Source of the DNA: a virus
Direction: 5' to 3' (one strand)
DNA: 64,000 nt
IMG/VR virus record: IMGVR_UViG_3300009161_000023
Location: 1 to 64,000 of that record
In this document: positions 1-9,520 of the stretch, one piece after another
Layout of the letters: every line of letters begins with the position of its first letter
Position numbering within the stretch: the first letter of the stretch is position 1
Notes under the pieces: generated by a model
Seen by the model: only the letters and a program-made list of their open reading frames with translations
Told to the model about the DNA's origin: nothing
Database searches by the model: none
Position numbers and translations under genes: made by a program

Positions 1-180
1 ATGAATGCTGGCGGTGGTATGAATGCTGGCGGTGGTATGAATGCTGGCGGTGGTATGAATGCTGGCGGTGGTATGAATGCTGGCGGTGGTATGAGTGCTG
101 GCGGTGGTATGAATGCTGGCGGTGGTATGAATGCTGGCGGTGGTATGAATGCTGGCGGTGGTATGAATGCTGGCGGTGGT
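1..180 (+). repeat. 18-bp tandem repeat ATGAATGCTGGCGGTGGT x10
   Basis: Ten copies, one variant (ATGAGT at 91); no spacers. Confidence 0.95.
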
Positions 181-519
181 ATGAATTCTGGTGGTAACAA
201 TGGCGGTATGAATAATGCTGGTGGTAACAATGGCGGTATGAATAATGCTGGTGGTAACAATGGCGGTATGAATAATGCTGGTGGGCAAATGGGCGGAAGA
301 ACTACTACTACAAAAAAACCTACTACTACTACATCTACCAGTACATCTACCAGTACATCTACCAGTACATCTACCAGTACATCTACCAGTACATCTACCA
401 GTACATCTACCAGTACATCTACCAGTACATCTACCACTACATCTACTACAGCAGCAGGAGCTTACAGAAGTAGAAGTAGAAATATAAACAGAAGAAGAAG
501 AAGATTTATTCCTGAATAA
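1..519 (+). CDS. Low-complexity Gly/Met/Asn + Thr/Ser repeat protein with Arg-rich tail (probably C-terminal part of a longer gene)
   Basis: Open frame from base 1: (MNAGGG)n, (NNGGMNNAGG)n, (TS)n, then RSRSRNINRRRRRF and TAA. Confidence 0.7.
   Translation: MNAGGGMNAGGGMNAGGGMNAGGGMNAGGGMSAGGGMNAGGGMNAGGGMNAGGGMNAGGGMNSGGNNGGMNNAGGNNGGMNNAGGNNGGMNNAGGQMGGRTTTTKKPTTTTSTSTSTSTSTSTSTSTSTSTSTSTSTSTSTSTSTTTSTTAAGAYRSRSRNINRRRRRFIPE
196..283 (+). repeat. 30-bp tandem repeat AACAATGGCGGTATGAATAATGCTGGTGGT x about 3
   Basis: Read directly from sequence. Confidence 0.9.
331..450 (+). repeat. 12-bp tandem repeat ACATCTACCAGT x8 plus 2 degenerate copies
   Basis: Read directly; encodes (TSTS)n. Confidence 0.95.
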
Positions 520-557
520 TAATAAAACTAAGATTTGAAATAAAAATCAAAAGGATA

Positions 558-1037
558 CTAAGCTTCTAATTCATTTATTATACCACCAAATGTTTGTTCA
601 TTATGATCATTTGGCACAATAAATGAATTAGACAGTTTATCCATTTCTTTTCTAAGCATATGACCACGATTATGTGCATCTTCTCTTGAAGAATTCAAGG
701 ATTGCAAATGATGATAAATAATATCCTTTATATGCTTTGCTTCAATTAAAGCTTTTTTATATTTCTGAACCTCATCAGATCCTTTAGCAAACAATTCAGC
801 GGACTTATCACTTTTTCCTTCTTCTTTACATTTTTTAAATTCGTTAATAAAAGAAAGATCTGTTTTTTGTTCTATTAAAGAACAAATTCTTTGTGCATTT
901 GCCAAACAACGACCAATATAATCTATTTTCCCAGATATTTTTTCAAAAAAAACATTTATAGTAGCATCTGTAAATTTTAAATCATCAGGATTAATTTCTA
1001 CTATTGATTCACCAACTTTAACTGTAAAACTACTCAT
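558..1037 (-). CDS. uvsY: UvsY-like recombination mediator
   Basis: Helical ~160 aa protein with KSDKSAELFAKGSDEV...LRKEM pattern, directly downstream of the helicase in a T4-like genome. Confidence 0.55.
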   Translation of the reverse strand: MSSFTVKVGESIVEINPDDLKFTDATINVFFEKISGKIDYIGRCLANAQRICSLIEQKTDLSFINEFKKCKEEGKSDKSAELFAKGSDEVQKYKKALIEAKHIKDIIYHHLQSLNSSREDAHNRGHMLRKEMDKLSNSFIVPNDHNEQTFGGIINELEA

Positions 1038-2550
1038 CTTCTACCTCGTTTTCTTTTGTTTCATCTTTTGCTTTATGCTTACTCTTTATTCCAGATGAAT
1101 CTATGTTAGTTAATTGTGCTTTTTTTGATTGTACATCATTTAAAGTTATTCTGTATTTTGTTTCAGAACACTCATACATTGAGAGTGTATTATAATTAAA
1201 ATTAACATAAAAATGAAATCTGCTTTTTCCATTTCTATGTTTAATAATAAATATTCTTCCTACGCTACCATCTTTTTCTTCATTAGTTTGATTAATTGAC
1301 CACAAACCATCAAGTGGTTTAAATTGATCAAAACTACCTCCAATATTACCCTCATCAATAAAACCACTACTATCAATATCAGCAGCAGATTTACTTGGTT
1401 GAATACAAGTTACACAACAAAATTGATATTCCATTGCTAAACCACGCAAATCACGCATGATTCTATATTTTGATTCCCAACTAGGAATATTAGGAGTGTC
1501 TTTCATTTCTCCAACATAATCTATAATTACCATATCAGGCTTGTAACCATAAAGATTAAGTTGAGAAACAAAAGAACGAACATCATTTACATCAATGCTT
1601 CCTGAAGGAAATTGTTTTACAACCAATAAATTCTTATCATCTTGATCTTTTACATGCAACTGCATCAAATCAATAATTTGGTCTTTGTTATTAAGCAAAA
1701 AGTTATAAGGAAGCTCTGTAAACTGGCTAGTAAATCTTTGGCAAATACCAACCCAATCCATTTCAATTGTAATATAAAGAACCTTCTTGTTGTTTTTCAC
1801 ATTTTCAACAGCAGCTTTTACAAGAGCAAGAGATTTACCTTTGCCTGGTAGTCCAATCCATGAATATATTTCTCCTCTTTGTAATCCACCACCAGCTAAC
1901 GAATTATCAATTTTAACAAAGCCACTTGTAAACTTATCTTTCAAAGCGTTACTTTGAGCAATTTTATCAAAAAACTGATTGAGGTTTAAAAAATATTCAA
2001 ATCCAACATCGAAATTTTTATTAACTAACATAGCCTTTTGAATATTATCATAAATTTTAACCCAAACATCTTCGTCTTCAGAATTATTTTTTAATTCTCT
2101 TTGTGCTTTTTCTATCGCAAGTTTTAAAGCTTGTATTTTTGCAAAAAAAAGAATTTTATCTAAAAGAATTTCTCTTGAAGATACTTCTGGAACAAAGAAT
2201 TCTAAAATGTTATCAAACTCATTGAGATAATAATTTCTTATTGCTTCATCTCTATTTTTAATTCTTGATTCCAATGATTCTTTAATAAGAAAAATATCTG
2301 CTTTGACATCATATTTATCAAAATTTTCCAAGCAAATCTTTATTATTTCAGAATGACATTCATTAGCAAAATATTCAGGAAGTATTAAGCTTTTTGCTTG
2401 AGTTAAAAAATATTTATCAGTTAATATTAAACCAACAATTCTTCTTTGGAAATTATCATCCCAAGAATATTTTGGTTTTTTTGAAACATCAGGGTTCGTA
2501 AGAGATTCAACAATCTCTTTTGTTCTATCATCCATAATATTACTATGCAA
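1030..2550 (-). CDS. dnaB: Replicative DnaB/T4 gp41-type helicase
   Basis: Walker A GLPGKGKS, ITIEM, Walker B VIIDY, GSFDQ, IIKHRNG arginine finger. Confidence 0.92.
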   Translation of the reverse strand: MHSNIMDDRTKEIVESLTNPDVSKKPKYSWDDNFQRRIVGLILTDKYFLTQAKSLILPEYFANECHSEIIKICLENFDKYDVKADIFLIKESLESRIKNRDEAIRNYYLNEFDNILEFFVPEVSSREILLDKILFFAKIQALKLAIEKAQRELKNNSEDEDVWVKIYDNIQKAMLVNKNFDVGFEYFLNLNQFFDKIAQSNALKDKFTSGFVKIDNSLAGGGLQRGEIYSWIGLPGKGKSLALVKAAVENVKNNKKVLYITIEMDWVGICQRFTSQFTELPYNFLLNNKDQIIDLMQLHVKDQDDKNLLVVKQFPSGSIDVNDVRSFVSQLNLYGYKPDMVIIDYVGEMKDTPNIPSWESKYRIMRDLRGLAMEYQFCCVTCIQPSKSAADIDSSGFIDEGNIGGSFDQFKPLDGLWSINQTNEEKDGSVGRIFIIKHRNGKSRFHFYVNFNYNTLSMYECSETKYRITLNDVQSKKAQLTNIDSSGIKSKHKAKDETKENEVEDE

Positions 2551-2645
2551 TAAATAAAAGCATTAAGCAATAGCAAAAAAAATTAAACAAAAAGAAAAAT
2601 TGTAAAATAAAGTTTATTTTTTAATTAAATGTTTTTTATAAAAAA

Positions 2646-3524
2646 TCAATGAAAAAGATTGGTGTATTTTGAATAATCTCCCCAATAATCATTTAATAGA
2701 CTTTTTTGCTTGCTATATATTTCATAATGTGATGTAAAATGATAACCATGATTAACATGAACCGATGAATTAATTGAATTCCATTCGCCAATATTATTAT
2801 TGTCATGTGAGGGTTCTACAATACCATTGTTTGTAATTAAAGCATTTGGTAAAATTGATTCAAAGTGCTTAATAGCATAATCAAACTTCATAGTGATTTG
2901 AGATAAAGGCTTGTGGTTTTCGTTTTTGTATTGCCATCCGTCTTTAGATAAACCAATGTAATTCATATTGCATATACAATTTTCAGAAAAATCTTCATAG
3001 TTAAAATACCCTTCTGGATACAAGCAGTCATGCTCTAAAAAACTAACATATTTGTAATTTTTATTTAATATTCTTGAAAAATATAAAAGCTGTAAAATTT
3101 GAGTTACTTGATTTAAATGGCTACTTACTTTTGTTTGTGCAGTTAATTCTATAAATGGATTATTAACTATTTTATTCCATACACAAGTAAAAACATCTGC
3201 TCTTTCGTATGCTGCTTTTTTAATTGTGTTCAAAGAAAGATCTATTGCATCATATACTTTCTCATTATGATTATTAGTGTAAAATATTCCAAGTCTTTCT
3301 TTTGTCAATTTTGGATATACTAAAAATTCATTTTCATTAACACTCAACAAAGAACCATCGTCAATTTCTACAATTATTTTTTTAAAATGTCCCACATTTG
3401 GATCACCAAATAAATCATTACTAACCATAAAAGTTAATCTGTTGTTAAAAATTAATGATTGAACATCTTTAGTAACATCTTTAGTAACATCTTTACTGCC
3501 ATAGGTTGCTTTAATTATTTTCAT
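2646..3524 (-). CDS. Putative glycosyltransferase-like protein with N-terminal lectin/DUF3395-like beta domain
   Basis: N-terminal ATYG..DVT..V.NDLFGDP.VG..K motif; C-terminal FLEHDCLYP DxD-like motif. Confidence 0.5.
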   Translation of the reverse strand: MKIIKATYGSKDVTKDVTKDVQSLIFNNRLTFMVSNDLFGDPNVGHFKKIIVEIDDGSLLSVNENEFLVYPKLTKERLGIFYTNNHNEKVYDAIDLSLNTIKKAAYERADVFTCVWNKIVNNPFIELTAQTKVSSHLNQVTQILQLLYFSRILNKNYKYVSFLEHDCLYPEGYFNYEDFSENCICNMNYIGLSKDGWQYKNENHKPLSQITMKFDYAIKHFESILPNALITNNGIVEPSHDNNNIGEWNSINSSVHVNHGYHFTSHYEIYSKQKSLLNDYWGDYSKYTNLFH

Positions 3525-3547
3525 TACATTAACTCCAAATAATAATA

Positions 3548-3555
3548 TATTTATA
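3548..3555 (-). promoter_or_regulatory. T4-type late promoter TATAAATA
   Basis: Exact TATAAATA on minus strand 23 nt upstream of ORF 2646-3524; gp55 homolog present in window. Confidence 0.55.
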
Positions 3556-3594
3556 TTTATTAATATTTGTTGTTTTTATTCTAATTAATTTTAA

Positions 3595-4155
3595 TTATAT
3601 AAATGTAGATAAATAATCAAAATCTGACAAGCTTACTTGTCCTGTCCTAATAGGTCTTTCTTTTGAAATTTTCTTACCTAATGATCTTTGAGCATTCCAT
3701 AATATTTGCTTGGCGTAAGTATCAAACTTTGAATCCATAATCAAACCAGCATTTTTTTGTGGTTTTGATTTTTTAACAGTAGTAAGATTAACAAGTTTTT
3801 CCAAAATCTTCTCTTCTGGGATTCCAAAAAGCTGTCTGTTTGCTCCATGCTTGGTTCTATTAAGCCATAAATTGTAAATCGTATTTAACTTTTTCAAAAT
3901 TGTTTTATTTTTAGTATTTTCATTTACAGCAGAAAATGAATTTTCAATATAACATTGTCTTTTGTAATAAGATCCTGCTCTTAATACAGATATCATAAGC
4001 TCTTGTTGAAAATCCTCTATTTCATAATCATGATTATTATTGCTATTCTTCCTAGATAATTGCCAAGAAGCATAATAACAAAGCTTGCCAAATTTTTTAT
4101 TAAGAGTTTCGTATTCTTCTGCTGTAATTGGAAAATTTTTAGATATTAAATTCAT
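3595..4155 (-). CDS. Sigma-70 region-2-like protein (truncated, with insertion)
   Basis: FGKLCYYASWQL..EIEDFQQELMISVLRA and SKFDTYAKQILWN resemble split region 2.1-2.3 motifs; no region 4. Confidence 0.4.
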   Translation of the reverse strand: MNLISKNFPITAEEYETLNKKFGKLCYYASWQLSRKNSNNNHDYEIEDFQQELMISVLRAGSYYKRQCYIENSFSAVNENTKNKTILKKLNTIYNLWLNRTKHGANRQLFGIPEEKILEKLVNLTTVKKSKPQKNAGLIMDSKFDTYAKQILWNAQRSLGKKISKERPIRTGQVSLSDFDYLSTFI

Positions 4156-4185
4156 ATACTATTATAACAATTATTTTTATTTAAG

Positions 4186-5550
4186 CTAGATTGCATCTTT
4201 TTTCTTTAACTCAATCATATTATTAAGTCTTTTTCCTATTTTTAAAGATGCTGTTAAATTACAGTTTGGCATGAATTGGCTCTTTGATTCTAAGACTTTT
4301 TTTATTTGTGGATAAATAGCTAAAGAATTTGATTTGTTTGTTGTAACGCCATATCCGTCATGAATAGAAAAAACTATTTTTTCATTTTTTATATTTAAGT
4401 TCTTATGAAGACAAACAAGTTTTTCTAAACACAAAAGGGCTGCTGGTGACTGAACAACAAAATTTCTAGCTTTGTAATAATTATCTTCAAAATATCTTAT
4501 TCTTGAAAAAAAATCCTTAACATACCCATTACGCTTTGCCTCTTCTTGAGCATTATCTGAAAATTCAAAAACAGTTGGAAACAATTTTCGTAACCTAAAA
4601 ATTATTTCTTTTGCCGTGTTCTCAGATATCTCTAATGTTTGCGAAAGCGAATTAGATAATTGCCCATAAACAATTGGCAAAAAGAACTTCTTTGCTATAT
4701 TTCTAGAATTTTCATTTTCTCCACCTATTACAAGTTTATAAATACTTTCATAAAAATCTTTTTTAGATTCTAATATTTTATTAAGATTTTTATCATTGCA
4801 TATTTCTGCCAATACTGAAACTTCCATGTTTTTATAATCAAACAACATAAATATATCATGAGGATAACAAGGTCTTAGATAGTTTCTTTGGTACTCACCT
4901 ATTGAATGCGGGTTAAAACTCTTCTTTAAATGCATTTGGCAAGACAATCTGCCGTTTTCCTGCCCTTCAACTTTATAAAAAGAAAAAACTTTACATTCCT
5001 CATCTATGTCAATCAAACAATTGTTTTCTATGCAAGGAATTACATCCCTTAATAAAAGCCCATAAATCGATTTATAGAGGTTTATTCTTTCAGACGACAA
5101 AAGAGTTGTTATTTCAGAGAAGTGCTTTAAAACATCATTTATTGAAGATAATTGGATGTCTCTTTTGCCAGAATAAGAAAAGAACCATTGCATGTCTAAA
5201 AATGAACATTCAAAAATAGATGGATTAATATTTTTTGATAACAAATACGAGAAAAAAGGTTTTGAATTAAAACAAAGTACCTTCTTGTCTTTTCCAAATA
5301 TTGTTTGTTTCAAAAACTTTGAATATAAACCTAAATTATCTTTTTTTAAGCTCAAGTTAATTACCGAACCTTTTACTCCTTCAATAATTAAAATTGGATT
5401 TGTTAAATTGTGAGAATGATCATAATCCAAATCATTTGTAATTGAAAAAAAAACAATAGGTTCCTTGTTGGAAAAGTTCATTAAGCTCTGAAGTAAATCC
5501 GTGTCACTGTTCATAACCAAAATATTACAACATTCTAAGCAAAAGTTCAA
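4186..5550 (-). CDS. polA: Family A DNA polymerase, short form without recognizable 3'-5' exonuclease motifs
   Basis: GRLSC; motif A FDYKNMEVSVLA; motif B RNIAKKFFLPIVYG; ARNFVVQSPAA; motif C SIHDGY. Confidence 0.85.
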   Translation of the reverse strand: MNFCLECCNILVMNSDTDLLQSLMNFSNKEPIVFFSITNDLDYDHSHNLTNPILIIEGVKGSVINLSLKKDNLGLYSKFLKQTIFGKDKKVLCFNSKPFFSYLLSKNINPSIFECSFLDMQWFFSYSGKRDIQLSSINDVLKHFSEITTLLSSERINLYKSIYGLLLRDVIPCIENNCLIDIDEECKVFSFYKVEGQENGRLSCQMHLKKSFNPHSIGEYQRNYLRPCYPHDIFMLFDYKNMEVSVLAEICNDKNLNKILESKKDFYESIYKLVIGGENENSRNIAKKFFLPIVYGQLSNSLSQTLEISENTAKEIIFRLRKLFPTVFEFSDNAQEEAKRNGYVKDFFSRIRYFEDNYYKARNFVVQSPAALLCLEKLVCLHKNLNIKNEKIVFSIHDGYGVTTNKSNSLAIYPQIKKVLESKSQFMPNCNLTASLKIGKRLNNMIELKKKDAI

Positions 5551-5600
5551 TTACTATTTTAGTTTTAGTTTTAGTTTACATCTTATATTTACATAACGGG

Positions 5601-5919
5601 GGGCGGTTCCAAGATAATCTCTTTAATATATAAGTACTTAATATATAAGCACTTATGTAGTTAAAAGTATTATCTTGGCTTTAGCTAACTTATATTCTTT
5701 GTTAAGAATACTGAAGCTTCTAGGTTGCAACTAAATGCATTGTACTTGTTAAGTATTATTCTAACTTAAGTTATTTTCAGTTTATAAATTTAATTATAAA
5801 CTAAAGCTTCCGCCCTTACTGATGCTAACTTAAGTAACTGTAATATTACCGTTCTTGTAGAGATCCCGTATTTCTCCAAGGTTCAGAACAGGTGGGATGT
5901 TAATCCTTCTGCCACGGTA
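5601..5919. other. Intergenic region with multiple inverted and direct repeats (candidate structured RNA or origin)
   Basis: CCAAGATAAT/ATTATCTTGG (5609-5678), GGGCGG/CCGCCC (5601/5810), CTAACTTA x3, GC-rich TACCGT..ACGGTA multi-stem (5847-5919). Confidence 0.35.
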
Positions 5920-6138
5920 AGTTTTTTTGTATTTCAAAAGAAATACTTCCATAATTTTATTTAAGCGAGTACTGGCTTTAAACTTATGGAAATTAATAAT
6001 TTAATTTATTGTAGTTAAAACAAAAAATAAAATTATTAGTTGAATTAGTTTATACTAAAAAATAAATAAAATCAACAAGCTTAAACAAAAAACTTGTTTA
6101 AATTGGTTATTTTGTTATATTTAAGGGAAGGAGACAAA

Positions 6139-6387
6139 ATGCGAGAAAAAATAGAAACCTTCTGTAAAAACAATGAATTAGAAGTTCTTTTTTTAGATAA
6201 TTTTGATGAAGCAATAATTTGCTTAATACAATCTTTTAATATATACAAAATATTATATGATACAAATAAAATATTATCAATATTATCAAAAGATATGACT
6301 GAAGAAGATGCAATTGAATACTTTGAATTTAATATACTTGGTTCTTATGTAGGAGAAAGCACACCAGCTTTTACTGAAGATGTTTAA
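6139..6387 (+). CDS. Conserved phage hypothetical protein
   Basis: AGGAGA RBS before ATG at 6139; EYFEFNILGSYVGESTP motif typical of a widespread phage family. Confidence 0.7.
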   Translation: MREKIETFCKNNELEVLFLDNFDEAIICLIQSFNIYKILYDTNKILSILSKDMTEEDAIEYFEFNILGSYVGESTPAFTEDV

Positions 6388-7072
6388 ATTTAATATTCAT
6401 ATGCCACAAAAATATGATATGACACCAAAAGAAACTTTGGCGTATCAATGTTGCATAATATATGAGCACTGTTCAAATATGATATTTCCAAATTACATAC
6501 ATGCAAGGTTAAAAAGAAAAGGTGACCCTAGAAACTGCTCATTGTTTAAGCATTGTTACAAAATGGTTAATTCTTTAGAAGGTAAATTAGATAAAAAACT
6601 TTATCCATATTTTATAAAAGCACAATTTGATATTTTTCTTAAGATTTTTCAAACTACAAATCAATGCCCTTTAATATCTCCAGCAATTATATCTAGCGAG
6701 AAATCATTTAGCAGATGGAAAGTTTGGAAATACTATAATGAAAAAATTAAATATATTAAAAACGAAAATAATATTATTACTGCTTCTCAGCCTCTGTTAG
6801 TTAATGAGTTTTCAAAAACTCTTGATTTTATGAATTCTAATTCAGAATTATTCAAAGATATTGCAAGTTTTATTGATAATAGTAGTAATATTCTTAAGCT
6901 TTGTATTATAAAAAAATTAAGTCCTTATTATATTGCACTTTCTCCTTGGATTGAGAAATTAAAATCTAAAGAAGAAATTTATACAATTTCAAATTCTGAA
7001 ATAATATTAGAAATATTATCAGACGAAGATAAACAATTACATAAGAAATATTTTTATAAAGAATATGTTTAA
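6380..7072 (+). CDS. Hypothetical protein
   Basis: 230-aa ORF overlapping the previous stop. Confidence 0.7.
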   Translation: MFKFNIHMPQKYDMTPKETLAYQCCIIYEHCSNMIFPNYIHARLKRKGDPRNCSLFKHCYKMVNSLEGKLDKKLYPYFIKAQFDIFLKIFQTTNQCPLISPAIISSEKSFSRWKVWKYYNEKIKYIKNENNIITASQPLLVNEFSKTLDFMNSNSELFKDIASFIDNSSNILKLCIIKKLSPYYIALSPWIEKLKSKEEIYTISNSEIILEILSDEDKQLHKKYFYKEYV

Positions 7073-7085
7073 ATTTAATAAAAAA

Positions 7086-7787
7086 TTATTTAATTTGATT
7101 TAATCTATAGATTTCATCTGGTGATTGATCAATATGTCCAGCTTTACCTTCTGCATCAAAGAAACCATGTGCCAAGTATTTTCCTCCTTTGTCGGAAGTA
7201 ACATAATGAAAAGCACTTAATTTTTTGTTTAATCCACGAAGAACAGTATGATCACCTGCTGATAACGAATTAGCATTTTTATTTAAAGCATTTTTTTCCG
7301 CAGTCGTAAGCACATTATCTGTGATTCCTTTTCCTTGCATGTAATTTTTAATATCTTTTGGCAACATTGATGTTAGTTCGCTATGACTTGATTTAAGATC
7401 TATGTTGCTTTGCATAGTTGTAAAATCATCTGGATCATCTTGGTTTGCACTTCTTACAGAATATTGGAAGTCATCTTTTTTACGGCTGTCCCTTGTGAGG
7501 TTGTCGATTGTATCAACATCATATGTAGCATGTGGGTCGTTAGGCACATCTTTTTCACCTTGAATCAAGGTATCATGATCTGGAGAAAATTTAAAATTGT
7601 TTCTAACATCATTAGGAGCATAAGATTTTCCTGCAAATCCTAATCCAGCACCAAGCATCGCAGCACCCATTACGCCTTTATGTAATCCTTGTTTAACTCC
7701 TTTCCAAGAAGGAAGTTTAAATTCATTTAAAAGTTCATCGTAAAGTTCTGGATCTCGTTGTTCTAAGAATGTTTTAAATGTTTTCAT
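7086..7787 (-). CDS. Putative internal head/ejected protein (capsid-targeting-like leader + hydrophobic helix)
   Basis: Starts MKTFKTFLEQRDPELYDELLNE followed by GVMGAAMLGAGLG; start trimmed to ATG at 7787. Confidence 0.6.
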   Translation of the reverse strand: MKTFKTFLEQRDPELYDELLNEFKLPSWKGVKQGLHKGVMGAAMLGAGLGFAGKSYAPNDVRNNFKFSPDHDTLIQGEKDVPNDPHATYDVDTIDNLTRDSRKKDDFQYSVRSANQDDPDDFTTMQSNIDLKSSHSELTSMLPKDIKNYMQGKGITDNVLTTAEKNALNKNANSLSAGDHTVLRGLNKKLSAFHYVTSDKGGKYLAHGFFDAEGKAGHIDQSPDEIYRLNQIK

Positions 7788-7841
7788 TTTTCTCTTTTTT
7801 AACATAAGACAATTTAAATTATATATGTTTTAAGTTTTAAA

Positions 7842-9128
7842 TTAAACTACTGTTTTCGCTGGTTCATTTTGTTTTTCTTGTACATATTTATCAAAATTAG
7901 ATTGTAAATATTTGCTAAAGTTTCTAATTCTATTTCCTATTTTTTCTTTATCTTTTTCTTTATCTTTTCCTTGATCTTCTTCTTTGTCTTTATCTTGAAA
8001 ATTTTGAAACATATCAAATATTGCTTGAACATCTTTTGTATAACGATCACGATTTGTCAAGAAATGCGTTAAAACAACATTCATTTTTTCTGGATCTTTT
8101 CCTGTATATTCTGAATATTGCTTCTTCATACTTGAAACTCTTACTCCTATTTCTGCATAATCTAATAAATAAGTCATATAAGTATCTTTGTATTCAGTAT
8201 TTGAATCATGTGAATCATTATCTGATTTAACATTTTTCTGCATTGCATGTGCAAGTTCATGTTCAAGTGTACCATCTGAAACTGCACTAGGATCAATTAT
8301 ACAAATGCTTTTTCTTGTTCCTCCTAGTGTAATAGTCATGCAAAAGCCTTTAGTTCCTTTTGATTGATTGAATTTTTGAGGACTTTCAAATATCACAGGT
8401 ACCTCATCATATAACTTGTCAATTAATGGTATAGAAGAATCATTCGGGCTTTCTTTTTGTGCTTTTCTTGCTCTTTCTATTACAGCATCTGCATGTATTC
8501 CATAAGATTTTCTTACTAAGTCTATCGGTCTATAAGTTTTAATTTTTTCTTTTTCAACATCTACATTAAATTTAGATTTTGCATACTTAACAAAAGTATC
8601 TTTTTCTTGATCACTCCATTTAGAATATTTAATATTTTCTATTTTAGCTACTGGTTTAGCCTCTGGCTTAGATACTATTGGTTCATTGACTTTTTCTTTT
8701 TGCACTTCTATTACTGCGTTATAAAAAGTTTTAGTTCCAAATGAACTTGGAACCCAAGTCAAATCTGGTTCACCTTTGTTGTTTAATATTCCTGATTTTA
8801 TTAGTATTTCTTTATGCTGAGGTGTTTTACTAAATTCTATGAATTTTTTTGCTGCATCTTTTAATTCTTTTTCTGTATTAATACCTGATATGAAATTAGG
8901 GCCACCATTTTTAATATATGTTTGATTAAATGAATATTCAGTGTTTTTGTCATGATGAGGTGCGACATATGGTATATTTGTTCTATCTGTTGCTTGGACA
9001 TCGCCTCCAAAGAAAGATGCTGCTAACGCACTAGCACCTAATGCCAAACCATCTCTCCATCCTTCATTTAAAAGTTCATCGTAAAGGTTTGGATCTCGTT
9101 GTTCTAGGAATGCTTTAAATGATTTCAT
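7842..9128 (-). CDS. Putative packaged zincin metallopeptidase (capsid-targeting-like leader + hydrophobic helix)
   Basis: MKSFKAFLEQRDPNLYDELLNE leader, GLALGASALAASFFG, then LEHELAHAMQ (HExxH) and downstream YAEIGVR. Confidence 0.6.
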   Translation of the reverse strand: MKSFKAFLEQRDPNLYDELLNEGWRDGLALGASALAASFFGGDVQATDRTNIPYVAPHHDKNTEYSFNQTYIKNGGPNFISGINTEKELKDAAKKFIEFSKTPQHKEILIKSGILNNKGEPDLTWVPSSFGTKTFYNAVIEVQKEKVNEPIVSKPEAKPVAKIENIKYSKWSDQEKDTFVKYAKSKFNVDVEKEKIKTYRPIDLVRKSYGIHADAVIERARKAQKESPNDSSIPLIDKLYDEVPVIFESPQKFNQSKGTKGFCMTITLGGTRKSICIIDPSAVSDGTLEHELAHAMQKNVKSDNDSHDSNTEYKDTYMTYLLDYAEIGVRVSSMKKQYSEYTGKDPEKMNVVLTHFLTNRDRYTKDVQAIFDMFQNFQDKDKEEDQGKDKEKDKEKIGNRIRNFSKYLQSNFDKYVQEKQNEPAKTVV

Positions 9129-9139
9129 ATTACATATAT

Positions 9140-9469
9140 CTATAAGGGAACATGAAATAATTTTATTATTAAAATTCCAATAACAACTAGGGTTAATCCT
9201 ATTATTTGATTTATGTTAAATTTAAACTGAAATATAAAAATTGGAATCAAATAACCGATAAAAATAAGCATAAAATCCCAATATATACTATTTATTAATA
9301 TGTCTTCTTTATTGTTTAATTTTTTAATAAGTAGAAAATAGCACATTGAACTAAATAGATTACAACAAATTGACATTGGTAAAAACCAATTTGTTTTTCT
9401 CATAGGTTCATGGAATGTCATCAACATTACTATTAAGTAGAAAAAAGAAGCAATTATATAATACTGCAT
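9140..9469 (-). CDS. Small 4-TM membrane protein, SMR/EamA-like
   Basis: 109 aa, four hydrophobic segments, C-terminal NINQIIGLTLVVIGILIIK. Confidence 0.55.
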   Translation of the reverse strand: MQYYIIASFFYLIVMLMTFHEPMRKTNWFLPMSICCNLFSSMCYFLLIKKLNNKEDILINSIYWDFMLIFIGYLIPIFIFQFKFNINQIIGLTLVVIGILIIKLFHVPL

Positions 9470-9520
9470 ATTTTTATTTATAATTAAAATTTAAATTTCA
9501 TAATGCAATATGATAATTTT

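Noticed and set aside
1-450. CRISPR-like array at the window start
   Set aside because: Units are head-to-tail with no unique spacers, are multiples of 3 and lie in an open frame; this is a coding tandem repeat.
275-487. (HLPV)n ORF
   Set aside because: Alternate frame of the 12-bp Thr/Ser repeat.
5810-5830. Hammerhead ribozyme core near CTGATG
   Set aside because: The sequence is CTGATGC, not CTGANGA, and no matching GAAA/stem arrangement was found.
5847-5919. Second tRNA
   Set aside because: 73 nt and base-paired, but no 7-bp acceptor stem, anticodon arm or T-arm geometry on either strand; kept only as a generic structure.
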